This document shows, one piece after another, positions 1 to 10,600 of a stretch of DNA of 64,000 bases. The stretch is taken from assembly GCA_000165345.1 (NCBI GenBank), contig CM000429.1, forward strand, positions 160,001-224,000. Reading direction: 5' to 3'. The notes under the pieces were generated by a model that was given only the letters and a program-made list of their open reading frames with translations, had not been told where the DNA came from and ran no database searches. How positions within the stretch are numbered: position 1 is the first letter of the stretch; each line of letters opens with the position of its first letter. Both the position numbers and the translations under genes were made by a program.

Positions 1-2
1 TA

Positions 3-3000
3 GGGTTAAAAGACTCAGGTGGACAAATTCTTGACTCCTCTATATTTGGAGAGGAAGAAACAAAGGAAAAATTTGCAGAAGTTATTAGTCACAATGAGAA
101 AGGTGATATTGTAGGAAGTTCGAATGCAACTCAGAACCAGATTTTGATTAGCTTGGACTACTTAAATGTAACATCTTCTTTAGAACACACTTTATCTGAA
201 TCTTATAATTCTTTTGATGGGTGTTCTCTATTTGATGATGATGGAATGAAGAAAGAAAAGGATTCGAAAGAAGGATCAGGAGGTAAATCCAGAGAGAGAG
301 GCCAGTCTATTCAGGAGCAGCTATCTTCTGATTTGTTAGCTTTGGGAATGCAGGCTGTATTGAAAAGGAAATACAATGAAATTCGTCTTTCATCTAAGTT
401 TTCTTTTGAAGAAATGACAAAGTGCCTTTTTGTAGACAATCATTCAAAGAAAGAGAATATTAATATAGATAATGGTCATGATTACAGAAAATCATTTATT
501 GAATGTTGTTCTTCTTATATTCCAGATGTATTAGGAAAATTGACTTTAAAGCTTATAAATAAGGCAGATGTGAAGGAATATATTTTAAACTTTTGTACAG
601 ATTTGAAACTAATGCTTGAGGAAATTGGAATTGCATTTCGAATTCCATTTAAATGGCTTCCTTCTGCATCTGAGAAGCTTAGCTTTTTATCAAAGCTTAA
701 AATTTCTGGTTCAAAGAATTTAGTAAATAACAAGAAATATTGTCATTTACCAAGAAAAACCTTGGATATTGTATTTGATGTGGATTTAACTTTATTAACA
801 ATGGTCCCAGTATTTGAAGTAACTCCTGGTGAAAAATCAATCATGCTTGAAATGCTTGAAGTTCCTCAAGAGCTTAAAGCTGAAGGGAAAGACTTCAAAT
901 TTAATACAAGACGTGCGAGTGACAATACAATAAGGTATAATATTCCTCATGAAGTCCATTTGAATCCTCAAACTATTGGACTTTTGTTTTCACTCTATTA
1001 TAGAAGATTCTTAGATCCTTGTGTTGGGTCATTAAGTATATTATCAGCAGGTTTTAATACTATCTTAAAATTTGCAACATCAATGGATATTGAGCCTATT
1101 CTAAGTCCATCAAGATTTCATTTAAGTGATACACTAATGGAGTTGTTTCCTGGTGATAATGAAAGTTCATGGGCTACTGAAAGACCATCTCTACAAGCCT
1201 TCAAAGAAAATAGAATATCAAGCATTCCATTACCACCTTTACATGTTTCTGCGGCTGATACAGATTTTGACAATGACAAGCCTCAAAAGCTCATTCGATC
1301 GTTTCCTGAAGGATTTCCAGAAATAGTATATAATGGTTTACCTTTTCTAGTTAAAGATATGCAAAGATACAGACTTCATTCTACATTACAAAAAGGAAGT
1401 AGTTCTTTTGATTATATGATATTATCTGAAGAATTGAATCCTATGTTTTTAAATACTTTAAGGCTTTACCAAACAATGAAGAGATATCCCATACTAACTC
1501 ATCCTTTTAATAACCCAAAACTATTTTCAAATAACAGACCACTATCACTTTTGGTTGATGATGAACTTTTGCATTTCACATATGCTTGTTCAATGGAAGC
1601 ATGGAGTGATAACATATTAATTGCTTGGACTGAGAAGCTTGGCCCTAGAGAAGTTAAGATTCCATTTTCAAAGTATTATTTACCAATACCACTGCAACAT
1701 AGTCAGCCAAAGCCAATAAAAATGGGTGATTTCTCAAGAAATATTAATATGATGATGAATTTAGACTATTTTGAAGGCCTTACTTATCAAATCAGTCAGT
1801 TAAAATCTTTAAACACCACAGGAAAATCTAATCTTGGTAAAGAAAAACGTTCTAAAGCTTTTGACGAATTAAAAGATATGGAGCAATTCTTGTCTTCTGT
1901 GAGTGAAAATGATCTTGAATGGTCTGGAAATTTTAATATTCAACGTAATAATCTTTTTAATATTAATATTAATAATACCACCAGTTCTATTACTCCTAGT
2001 AAATTACTCCAATTGGTATATCCAGATGTTAATAATTCAAACAATATGTTTTCTTGTCCATATGACATCACCAATGTTAAAATCTTTTATATGGTTGTAA
2101 TTCTCCCATGTGAAGTACTTTATATGATACATCGTAAATTAAAACAAATACAAAATGACAAAAAGGATCCATTCTATAAGTTGGTTAAAATGATTGATAT
2201 GTTTGTTGTAGGTAATGAAAGAAAAGATGAAATTTGTGATCGATTTATAAGTTCTTTATCAGGAGTTATTGCCTTTAAGAACGAAGAAAGTCTATTTAAT
2301 AAAAAGGTTATTTATTCATCTATTCCATCTCTTGCTGCACTCAAGTCTGTTGTTGGTCTTCCAATATATAGAACTATTACTATTTGGCTACAAAGTTCTA
2401 GTTTATTTGAAGAACCACAAATATTACGTACTGAAATGGAAAAAGATATTGAAATTATGGAAAATCAATTAAAAAATACTCCTTATGAACCTTTATCAAC
2501 ACCTAAGCAACTTCAAAATGGTATTATTTATGATCGATCTGTATATGATATTGAAAGTTTAATTATATTGGAACCTATTCGGGGTAAATTTACACGTGAA
2601 GTTCTCAAGTTTGATAATATACAAGAAATTGATGATTTATTGGGTTTACTTAAGTTATTAACTACTATAAGAAATAGTTTAGAACTTGGATATCGTGATG
2701 TAAAAAAGAGAGTCAATTTAGAAAATCCTTCTGCAGCTACTTCTATTTCAATTATTGCAGTTTTGGTATATTCTATTTGTTATGGAATTGCTGTTGAACA
2801 TTTTTCAAAGTTCCATTTAAATATATGTAATCTCCCTAGGCCTGCATTTTCAAGACCAGTTTTGAGAAGAAATCAACAAGATTGGATGAAGTTTGCTATT
2901 ACTAATGTTCTTACAAACTTGAATATTAAGCTTTCATTTCCAATTGCAAGATCATTTGAAAGAAAGTTAGAAGCATCTATATATGTAAGTAATCCAAAAT

Positions 3001-3416
3001 CTACATTATTCAATTCTTTATTCCAACCATATTTCTCTGGTATACCATATAAACCATTTAAGAGCAGAGTTGAATCTAATCAGAATTTTACTGAAAATGA
3101 TAATAAATCTAATGTATTTAATCCTTTCAAGTCTGATAAAGATCATCGTGAAATATTTAAAAAGAATTTAATAATGTTACATGATGATTTATTGGAATAT
3201 TTAATTAATTCTCTTTCATCTTTGGATTATATGCCATTCTTTGTACGCCAATGTATTTCTGTTACTACAGCATTTGTAAGATTCCAAATTCAGAAAACTG
3301 AAGAAGAAAAAGATAATGGAGCTCCAAAACCTTCAAATAATGAATTAGCATCAATTGTATGTCAGAATATTCAAGATTTCTTACAGAAGAAAGTACCTAA
3401 ATTCTTTAAATTATAA
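3..3416 (+). CDS. Hypothetical protein, 5'-partial. The reading frame is open to the window edge; the ORF-track start at 144 is a TTG, not an ATG.
   Basis: Frame 3 has no stop from nt 3 to the TAA at 3414-3416, giving >1,100 codons in about 70% AT DNA. I recognise no conserved domain. The ORF-track start at 144 is a TTG, so the true start lies upstream of the window. Confidence 0.6.
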   Translation, partial: GLKDSGGQILDSSIFGEEETKEKFAEVISHNEKGDIVGSSNATQNQILISLDYLNVTSSLEHTLSESYNSFDGCSLFDDDGMKKEKDSKEGSGGKSRERGQSIQEQLSSDLLALGMQAVLKRKYNEIRLSSKFSFEEMTKCLFVDNHSKKENINIDNGHDYRKSFIECCSSYIPDVLGKLTLKLINKADVKEYILNFCTDLKLMLEEIGIAFRIPFKWLPSASEKLSFLSKLKISGSKNLVNNKKYCHLPRKTLDIVFDVDLTLLTMVPVFEVTPGEKSIMLEMLEVPQELKAEGKDFKFNTRRASDNTIRYNIPHEVHLNPQTIGLLFSLYYRRFLDPCVGSLSILSAGFNTILKFATSMDIEPILSPSRFHLSDTLMELFPGDNESSWATERPSLQAFKENRISSIPLPPLHVSAADTDFDNDKPQKLIRSFPEGFPEIVYNGLPFLVKDMQRYRLHSTLQKGSSSFDYMILSEELNPMFLNTLRLYQTMKRYPILTHPFNNPKLFSNNRPLSLLVDDELLHFTYACSMEAWSDNILIAWTEKLGPREVKIPFSKYYLPIPLQHSQPKPIKMGDFSRNINMMMNLDYFEGLTYQISQLKSLNTTGKSNLGKEKRSKAFDELKDMEQFLSSVSENDLEWSGNFNIQRNNLFNININNTTSSITPSKLLQLVYPDVNNSNNMFSCPYDITNVKIFYMVVILPCEVLYMIHRKLKQIQNDKKDPFYKLVKMIDMFVVGNERKDEICDRFISSLSGVIAFKNEESLFNKKVIYSSIPSLAALKSVVGLPIYRTITIWLQSSSLFEEPQILRTEMEKDIEIMENQLKNTPYEPLSTPKQLQNGIIYDRSVYDIESLIILEPIRGKFTREVLKFDNIQEIDDLLGLLKLLTTIRNSLELGYRDVKKRVNLENPSAATSISIIAVLVYSICYGIAVEHFSKFHLNICNLPRPAFSRPVLRRNQQDWMKFAITNVLTNLNIKLSFPIARSFERKLEASIYVSNPKSTLFNSLFQPYFSGIPYKPFKSRVESNQNFTENDNKSNVFNPFKSDKDHREIFKKNLIMLHDDLLEYLINSLSSLDYMPFFVRQCISVTTAFVRFQIQKTEEEKDNGAPKPSNNELASIVCQNIQDFLQKKVPKFFKL

Positions 3417-3663
3417 TAATTTCTTTTCTTTTTTGGCAAGATTTTTTTTATTATACAAACTATCAATCAAATTATTACAAATTTTATATTATATTAATTC
3501 TTTGTAATTTAAAAATGGAATCCCAAATTTATTATAATACTATTAGTAAGAATATAAAAAGCAGATATTTTTAAAATAAGAGTTCCCAATATAACATTAA
3601 ACAATAAATAAATAAATAAACAAAAATTATGTTAAGATTATGAGAACTAATATTACTTTTAAA

Positions 3664-4134
3664 TTAATCAAAGATAATATCCTTATTAATATAATTTTTT
3701 TCCTTTGAAACGATTTGTTCGTTATTCAACATTATTGGATTTGCATGGAAAGTTATTCTAGTCTTTGGAAGATTCAATGGTTCATATCCTTGAATCTTTT
3801 CAGCGTTTGCAGTTAAATCATAATCTTCAAGTAGCTTTTCCGATATATTGGTTGTCATTAAATCTTCAAAGTCCTTATCATCTTTCGTACATGCAAATGC
3901 ATTCCATCCTTCATTAATTACATTCTGAATTGCATTACTATAATAGTAATGAACATTAAATATATAATATAAAGTTTAAATGTTTAAGTTAATTTATGTT
4001 ATAATGCTAGGATTACAAAATATGTTATGATAATACTGAAAATGAAATTCCATAAATAAGAACATAATTTGTGGTAACGGGTACCTAAATATGCAATTTT
4101 TGGAATTTCTATTAACAGTATAACTAAATTTCAT
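3664..4134 (-). CDS. Small hypothetical protein of about 108 aa, modelled as two exons: complement(join(3664..3937,4085..4134)). The second exon is well supported; the first exon is tentative.
   Basis: ORF 3664..3858 remains open in-frame for 26 more codons upstream, ending exactly at an AG acceptor (ttcattactattatag|T at 3938-3939). An upstream ATG at 4134..4132 lies in a 50-nt open segment that ends at AG|GTACCC; this joins in frame with phase 2 after a 147-nt intron. The GTACCC donor is non-canonical, and only 44 nt separate this ATG from the stop of the upstream gene. Confidence is therefore low. Confidence 0.25.
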
Positions 4135-4177
4135 ATTATGAATCCTCCATCCTCCTCTTTTTCCTCCCCTCTTAAAC

Positions 4178-5260
4178 TTACTCTAATTTAGAAATTCTTT
4201 TAATAAATACATATCTACATGCACTGTCAACACTAAAAAGTCTGCTAGTCTCATGTATATATTCATTATAGTTTTTAATTCTGTTAAAATCTAAGTTATT
4301 TGTATTGTCTTGTTCAAAGAGACAACTTGGGATGTGGCTTGTTTCTCTATATGGAATTTTAATGTTAATAGACTTTGATGATGAGGATGAGTTTTTTTTT
4401 ATCTTGGCATTTTTCTTTTCTTTATGATCACTTTCTGAATCGGTTATGTTATCTTCCTTCATAGTTTCCTTATATTTGGCCTTATTTTGACTGCTCGAGT
4501 CTTTTTTCTGAACTTCTTTTCCACTATCTTTTTTTGTGTCCTTTTCATCCTTAGTCTTGGCTTGATCAGACTTATTCTTCAGGTCTTTTTTCTGATCTTT
4601 TTTAGGGTCCTCCTTATGATCCTTTTTGGTTTCTTTCTTAAGGTCCTTTTTCTGATCTTTCTTTGGATCTTTTTCTTGATCTTTTATTTTGGTTTCTTTC
4701 TTTGGATCCTTTTTCTGATCTTTCTTTGGATCCTTTTCTTGATCATTTATTTTAGTTTCTTTTTTCTGGCCTTCCTTTTGATCCTTCTTTTTGACCTCCT
4801 TTTTTACGTCCTCCTTAGTTTTGGCTTTATCAGCCTCCTCCTTCTCCCTCTTTTTATTGCCCTTCTCTTGAACCTTATTTTCAGACTCTTTTTTTTGGTT
4901 CTTTTCAGTATTCTTTTTAGCATTCTTTTCAGCATTCTTTTCAACCTCCTTCTCCGCCTCTTTCTTGTCTTTTTGCTTCTCATCAGATTTCTTCTGATCT
5001 TTCTTTGGATCCTTTTCCCAATCCTTTTGTCCATCTAATTGTTCATTATTTTTTATATTAGCATTATCATCTTTGAAAATTGATAATAAATTAAATTCTT
5101 CGTTACTTCCAAAACTCCAATTATCTGAAATTTCGTTCTTTCTTTTTTCTGAGTCTAAAATCAACTCTAAAGAAAGACTCTTATCATCTTCAATCATTTC
5201 TTCCTTTAACAAAGCTGGAATGTCTGAAATGATAAGTTCTTCCCGCCTCAACTCTGACAT
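4178..5260 (-). CDS. Lys/Glu/Asp-rich low-complexity repeat protein of 360 aa.
   Basis: ATG at 5260..5258 confirmed (revcomp of 'cat'). The central region is built of roughly 20-aa units (DPKKDQKKDPKKETKIKDQEK) encoded by near-identical tandem DNA repeats of about 60 nt. The antisense ORFs 4487..5038 and 4804..5034 are low-complexity artefacts of the same repeats. Confidence 0.6.
   Translation of the reverse strand: MSELRREELIISDIPALLKEEMIEDDKSLSLELILDSEKRKNEISDNWSFGSNEEFNLLSIFKDDNANIKNNEQLDGQKDWEKDPKKDQKKSDEKQKDKKEAEKEVEKNAEKNAKKNTEKNQKKESENKVQEKGNKKREKEEADKAKTKEDVKKEVKKKDQKEGQKKETKINDQEKDPKKDQKKDPKKETKIKDQEKDPKKDQKKDLKKETKKDHKEDPKKDQKKDLKNKSDQAKTKDEKDTKKDSGKEVQKKDSSSQNKAKYKETMKEDNITDSESDHKEKKNAKIKKNSSSSSKSINIKIPYRETSHIPSCLFEQDNTNNLDFNRIKNYNEYIHETSRLFSVDSACRYVFIKRISKLE
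4560..4800. repeat. Tandem direct repeats of about 60-63 nt (around 3 copies) inside the K/E-rich gene.
   Basis: Units such as 'tctttctttggatcctttttcttgatcttttattttggtttctttctttggatcctttttctgatc' recur with few substitutions between about 4600 and 4790. Confidence 0.6.
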
Positions 5261-5500
5261 AACATACTATTGCAACTTTATAATGGAAATATTAATCTTG
5301 AAAATGTTCAAAAAAAAAAGATTACTATTCAATGAGAGGAAAAAAGCTTCCATACAACAAAAAAGAGAAAAGAGCTTAATTTCTTTTTCTTTACACTACA
5401 GATCTTTTCCTTAATTGATATCACCCTTTCAACTCACCCTTCTTTTTTTTTATTAGTAAATATTCAATTAAAATATTTCATCATTTTTTTCGCATGACTA

Positions 5501-5590
5501 TTTAGGCGCCAAAAACATGCGTTGCTACTTGCATAAAAATATTACCGGCATATATTTTGCTACTTTTTTTGTATACCGGCATTTACATGC
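5501..5590. promoter_or_regulatory. Divergent promoter between the K/E-rich gene and the 5711 gene: TTTAGGCGCCAAAAACATGCG (E2F-like) and two ATACCGGCA boxes at 5543-5550 and 5573-5580.
   Basis: Motif matches. Confidence 0.45.
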
Positions 5591-5710
5591 GAAATAATTA
5601 GTGGCAGGGAAAAGGGAAAAATAGAATTTAGAAAATAAAAATTAATTTATTATTATGAATATAAAATAGTTGAAAATTTGGTTCATTTTTTAGTATTCTA
5701 ACAAATTAAT

Positions 5711-6937
5711 ATGAATGGAGAGAAATCATTTAAAGACTTGGAAACTCTTGTTTCTAGGTATATTAAATTGAATATGAGTGAAGAAAGAGGGGAAGGAGAA
5801 GAAGAAGGAGGAACAAGAAGAAGAAAAGGAAGAAGTGGAGAAGAAGAAGAAGAAAAAATATTTATTGATAGTTTTGAGTTATGTAAAGGAGCAAAGTCAA
5901 TCCGAAATAAACGAAGAAAAATAGAAGATAGTAACTCTTCGTATACAAATTCTGAAAATTTAAATCATAGAAAATTAACTGGTACCATTGCTCAATACCT
6001 TCTAAGTAGAGTACCTTTACCTACATCAAGAGTTGATATACAGAAAAAATTCATCAAACCAGAGGGATCAAAAAAAATTGATTTAGACTCAATTCTTAAT
6101 ACAATTAATGACAAATTCAAATCTTGTATGGGATTGGGAATATTTGGACTAGATAAATCAATCACTAATCAAACATCGTCCAACCCTAAATACTATGTAG
6201 TACAACTGAATAGATCAAAAGCTCATCTTGACCTAGTTTATCAGTTTGGAAATATCGACTTTAAATCGATCGGAGAACTTACAATTAATCAAGATGAAAA
6301 TCATCTTGTTTCAAATCGACTTTGTAATTCCTTTCTAACATTTCTAAGCTTTATATATGGTTTCTTTGAAATTACTTCTTCAGATGAAGATCTTATCCAA
6401 GATGATGAAGATTCTTCCAAAATTATTCAGAGTAACGAAGAAATCGAAATTCCAATAGGTAAGTAAGATTTGAATCAACTGTTTCATAAGATAAGTTAAG
6501 TTACTATAATTGCTTAAAAAATTTCTATCCCAGATTACCTACTTGAATTAATTAAAGAGTTTACTGGAATTATTATCAACTCAAGTAAGTCAAATTTAAT
6601 TAAAAAAGATTAATTTCTTAATTTGATTTTTTGTTTTTTAAATAAATATTAACTTTTCTCAGAAAATATTATATTTGAGCTTAACACATTCTTCAACTCA
6701 AAATCAGCCAACTCCAAACAAACCAATGAAGATGATGATCTCCCAACTATGAGTAATTCTAAGCTTTCAAAAATTTCTATTCTATTTTATATTCTTCATA
6801 AAATTGGATACCTTATTCCTACATTCTCAAAACAAACAACAAACAACAATGATCACATTATCTCTGGATTCAAAAATGGACCTCTACTTAAATGGGATTC
6901 TGAAGCTATCAAAAAAATTGTTAACTCTTACTCTTAA
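5711..6937 (+). CDS. Hypothetical protein of about 357 aa, modelled as three exons: join(5711..6458,6534..6584,6663..6937).
   Basis: ORF 5711..6466 ends at G|GTAAGTAAG (donor at 6459). ORF 6749..6937 is in the compatible frame downstream of the acceptor ttttctcag| at 6662. Between them, a 51-nt stop-free micro-exon (acceptor cccag| at 6533, donor |GTAAGT at 6585) keeps phase and reads DYLLELIKEFTGIIINSK. The two introns are 75 and 78 nt, typical short introns. The alternative is a single 204-nt intron (6459..6662), which is also frame-consistent. Confidence 0.5.
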
Positions 6938-6968
6938 AACCTAAACCAATTACATGCTCATCAAGAAG

Positions 6969-6982
6969 TTGGCGCCAAAATT
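6969..6982. promoter_or_regulatory. E2F-like TTGGCGCCAAAATT about 700 nt upstream of the ABC transporter; a second box TTTAGGCGGGAAACATTT lies at 7317-7334.
   Basis: Motif matches. Confidence 0.4.
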
Positions 6983-7684
6983 TAACCTTATTAATAATTT
7001 AAAATTATTATTTGAGTTGAGTTTAGAACTAATTATGGGATTCTTTGGTTTCATTTATCCAATTTGAGTTGGATTCTATACCTATGGAGAAATCAAATCT
7101 AATTAAGACATTTGTTTCAAGAATTATTCGGTTGCTACCTTAATTGTAAAAAAAAAAAAAAAGGATACCCTACACAAAAAAAGAGAGAATATATGTAAAT
7201 AATGTTTATTCAAATAATCGCAATCGACTTTCCCGAGTTGAAGTCCAATACATTTAAAAAAATTATTTTAACAATATCATATTTTTTGCATATCAAGGAA
7301 AAACTATTATTAATCGTTTAGGCGGGAAACATTTAAAGGATGACAAAAGTGATAAAATAGTAAATTGTAATTTTATAAAGATTTTTTAAGATATTAAAAA
7401 ACCTGATAACAATTTTGGAAACAAAGAACAAACAAGTTTTTGTGGAATACATTCTGATTGATCAATCAGGTTATTACTTCATTGGATTTACACTCACTCA
7501 GGTTAAGAGACAAAAGATCTAGTTGTTACTTCAAGGTTTGTACTTTAGTATAAAAACAGCAGTATTTTGTGAGAAAAAAAATAAACAAAAATAAAAAAAA
7601 AAAAAAATAATAAATAATAAAGAAAATAAATATTTATTATATATTAATATATATAACTGTAATATAAGATAATTGGTACTATAA

Positions 7685-10600
7685 ATGAACGATTCGGAAC
7701 TTAATGAAAATGGAATATATTCTTCTAAGAACTTCTCAAAACTTAATAAACAATATATAGATATTGACACAGTAAATTTTGAGAATCTTGGAAAATATCC
7801 TAAATATCACTCATTTTTTAAAAGAGGATTCCTCAATACTATACTTTTCAAATGGTTATCTCCCATTATTAATAGTGCTGAAAAAGGAATCATAGTTAAT
7901 GATTCTGATATTAATTTGGCTGATGATGATGATGATATTCAAACAGAATATATTTACTTTATAAGAAATTGGAATGAAGAATTTTCTAAACCTGAAGCAG
8001 TGAAGTCAATTCAATACTCAACTTTTAAAGTAATATTCAAAACTTTCTATTTAAGAATTATTAACATTCTTTTATTCAAATTAATATATGATATTATTCA
8101 AATGTGTAGACCCTGGCAAATACATGGTGTACTTTATTGGATTGGAGATCCAAATGGATCCAAAATTAGTGGAATATTAAAATTTCTTTCTATTGTTATT
8201 TGTGAATTAATCTCTGGTTCTATTTTACAACAATATTTTAGAAGATCTTTCAGCCTTTCAGTCATGTTAAAAGGTGTTATGAATTATTCATTAACAAATA
8301 AACTGATTAAATTACCAAAAAATGTTGCAATTGAAAATATTTCGAAATGTATTTCATTATTATCTTCAGAATCTACTTATTTATTAGGTACTGGAAATAC
8401 ACTATTAGCAGTACCTTCAATGGTTTTACAAAATTTATTATTATTATTTTCATTATATCAATTCATTGGAATTAGTGCTTTTATTGGATATATTATTATA
8501 GTCTTATCATTATTTGTTAATGGGTTACTTATTAATCTTACTCAATCAGTAAGATTTAAATATATATCATCACTTGATAAAAGAATCTCAATATCAACAG
8601 AATTGGTAAATTCATTCAAACAAATTAAATGTTATGCTTGGGAAAAATATTATATAAAAAATATTAATGAAATCAGAAAAGAAGAAATACGTCATTTAGG
8701 AATATGGAGATTTCTTAATCAATTTGGATTAGTTCTTGCAACTTTATGTGTATCATTATCACCAGTTATTTCATTTGGTTCATTTTTATATTTAAATCGT
8801 AAATTCCCAGTTGATGTTATTTTTACATCACTTTTAATATTTGAATCACTTCAACTAACATTAGTATTATTACCAACAGGTATTTCTTCTTTACAAAAGA
8901 TAATAAATTGTTATTCAAGACTTAGTGAAGTTTTATTACTTAAAGATATTGAACCATTACAATCAATTTTAGATAAAATTGAACAAGAAAATTATGCTGT
9001 TAAAGTTAATAATGTTTATTTTAATTATCCAACAAAAAATGATATACTTTCATCAATTAATTTTAATATTCAAAAAAATCAAAAAGTTGGTATTATTGGT
9101 TATGTAGGTTCTGGAAAAACTACTTTAATTGAACTTATATTACAAGAACTTAAACCAAGATTAGGAACAATTCAATCAAATGGTTCAGTTTTTTATTGTT
9201 CACAATCATCATGGATTATTAATGGTACAGTTAGAAGTAATATTATACTTGATTTACCTTTTGATCAAGCCTGGTATGATATTGTTATTAATGCTTGTTC
9301 ATTAGTTTATGATTTAAAAGCTATGCCAAATGGGGATTTAACAGAAATTGGTGAAAATGGAATAAATCTTTCTGGAGGACAAAAACAAAGAGTTTCTCTT
9401 GCTAGAGCAGTTTATCAAAATACTGATATACTTATTTTGGATGATGTATTTTCAGCTTTAGATAATGTTGTTTCTACAAGTATTTTCCAAAAATGTATTA
9501 TTAATTTACTTAAAAATAAGACAGTAATTTTAGCAACAAATAAATTGGATATACTTTCTCATCTTGATCAAGTTATATTTATTAATAATACAACATTATC
9601 ATATTCTGGTCCTCCTAATCAATCATTTTTTTCACATCCAGATTTTCAAGATCTTTTAAATAGTATGTATAAAGTACAAAATCAAATAAATCAAATTATT
9701 GATGATGTTGTTACAATTGAAGAAATTCAAGATATTGAAGGAATATTAACAGAAAGTGATATTTCTGGTCAATCTTGTGATATTATTCCAAATACAAATA
9801 ATATTAATAATAATAAATTATCCCATCCAACAATACGTATTTCTGAAACTATTACAAGTATACCAAAGAATGAAATTGAATTAGAAAAATCAAATCATGG
9901 TCTTTCTCCTTCTTTACCAGGTTCTTATAATATTACTTCAAATTCAAATCCAAATTTAAATCAAAATATTCAAACTTCTCCAAGAATTTCAAGAAGAGGT
10001 AGTAGAGTTTCTCTTTCAGCACTTAAAGATAAATATAGAAGAGAAAGTCAAACATTAAGAAATTCTTTAGAACAACAGATGATTGAAACAAACAAAAATG
10101 ATAAATCTTTTAAAGAAACTGCTCAATTACTTGATGATCATAAAAGTATTAAAGTTAAACATGTTGAGTTTTCAAAATATATTGAATATATTCGAAAATT
10201 TGATCCAACAATTCTTGTAATTTCTATTATTGTTATTTATTCATGTACATTATCCAATATATTTTCATCTGCATGGATTACAAAATGGTCAAGTGAATTT
10301 GATAAATATGGAATTGCCAAAGGACTTATTATATTAACTGCTATTAGTATTCTTCAACCAATACTTAATCTTTTATTCAGAGCTGCTACTATTTATTTAA
10401 CTACTGGTGTATCACAAGAAATTTATAATGAACTTCTTGTAAAGCTTTCATATTCAAAACTAGCTTTTTATGAATCTGTTCCAATTGGTACTATACTTAG
10501 TAGAATTACCAGTGATATTGTTGTTATTGATGAAATGATACCTCAGAATCTTACAGATTTTACTTATTGTTTTACAAGAGTAACAATTTATATTGGATAT

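Noticed and set aside
144-146. ORF-track start codons annotated as M at 144, 18040, 20122, 21201, 39570, 43815 and 44277.
   Set aside because: Direct inspection shows these are TTG or GTG. The ORF caller treats alternative starts as Met. In a eukaryote these are not initiation codons, so the true ATG or an upstream exon was sought instead.
4487-5038. 183-aa + strand ORF (and the 76-aa ORF at 4804..5034) rich in L/F/I.
   Set aside because: They lie antisense to the K/E-rich repeat gene. Reverse-complementing AAR/GAR-rich repeats gives stop-free Phe/Leu frames automatically.
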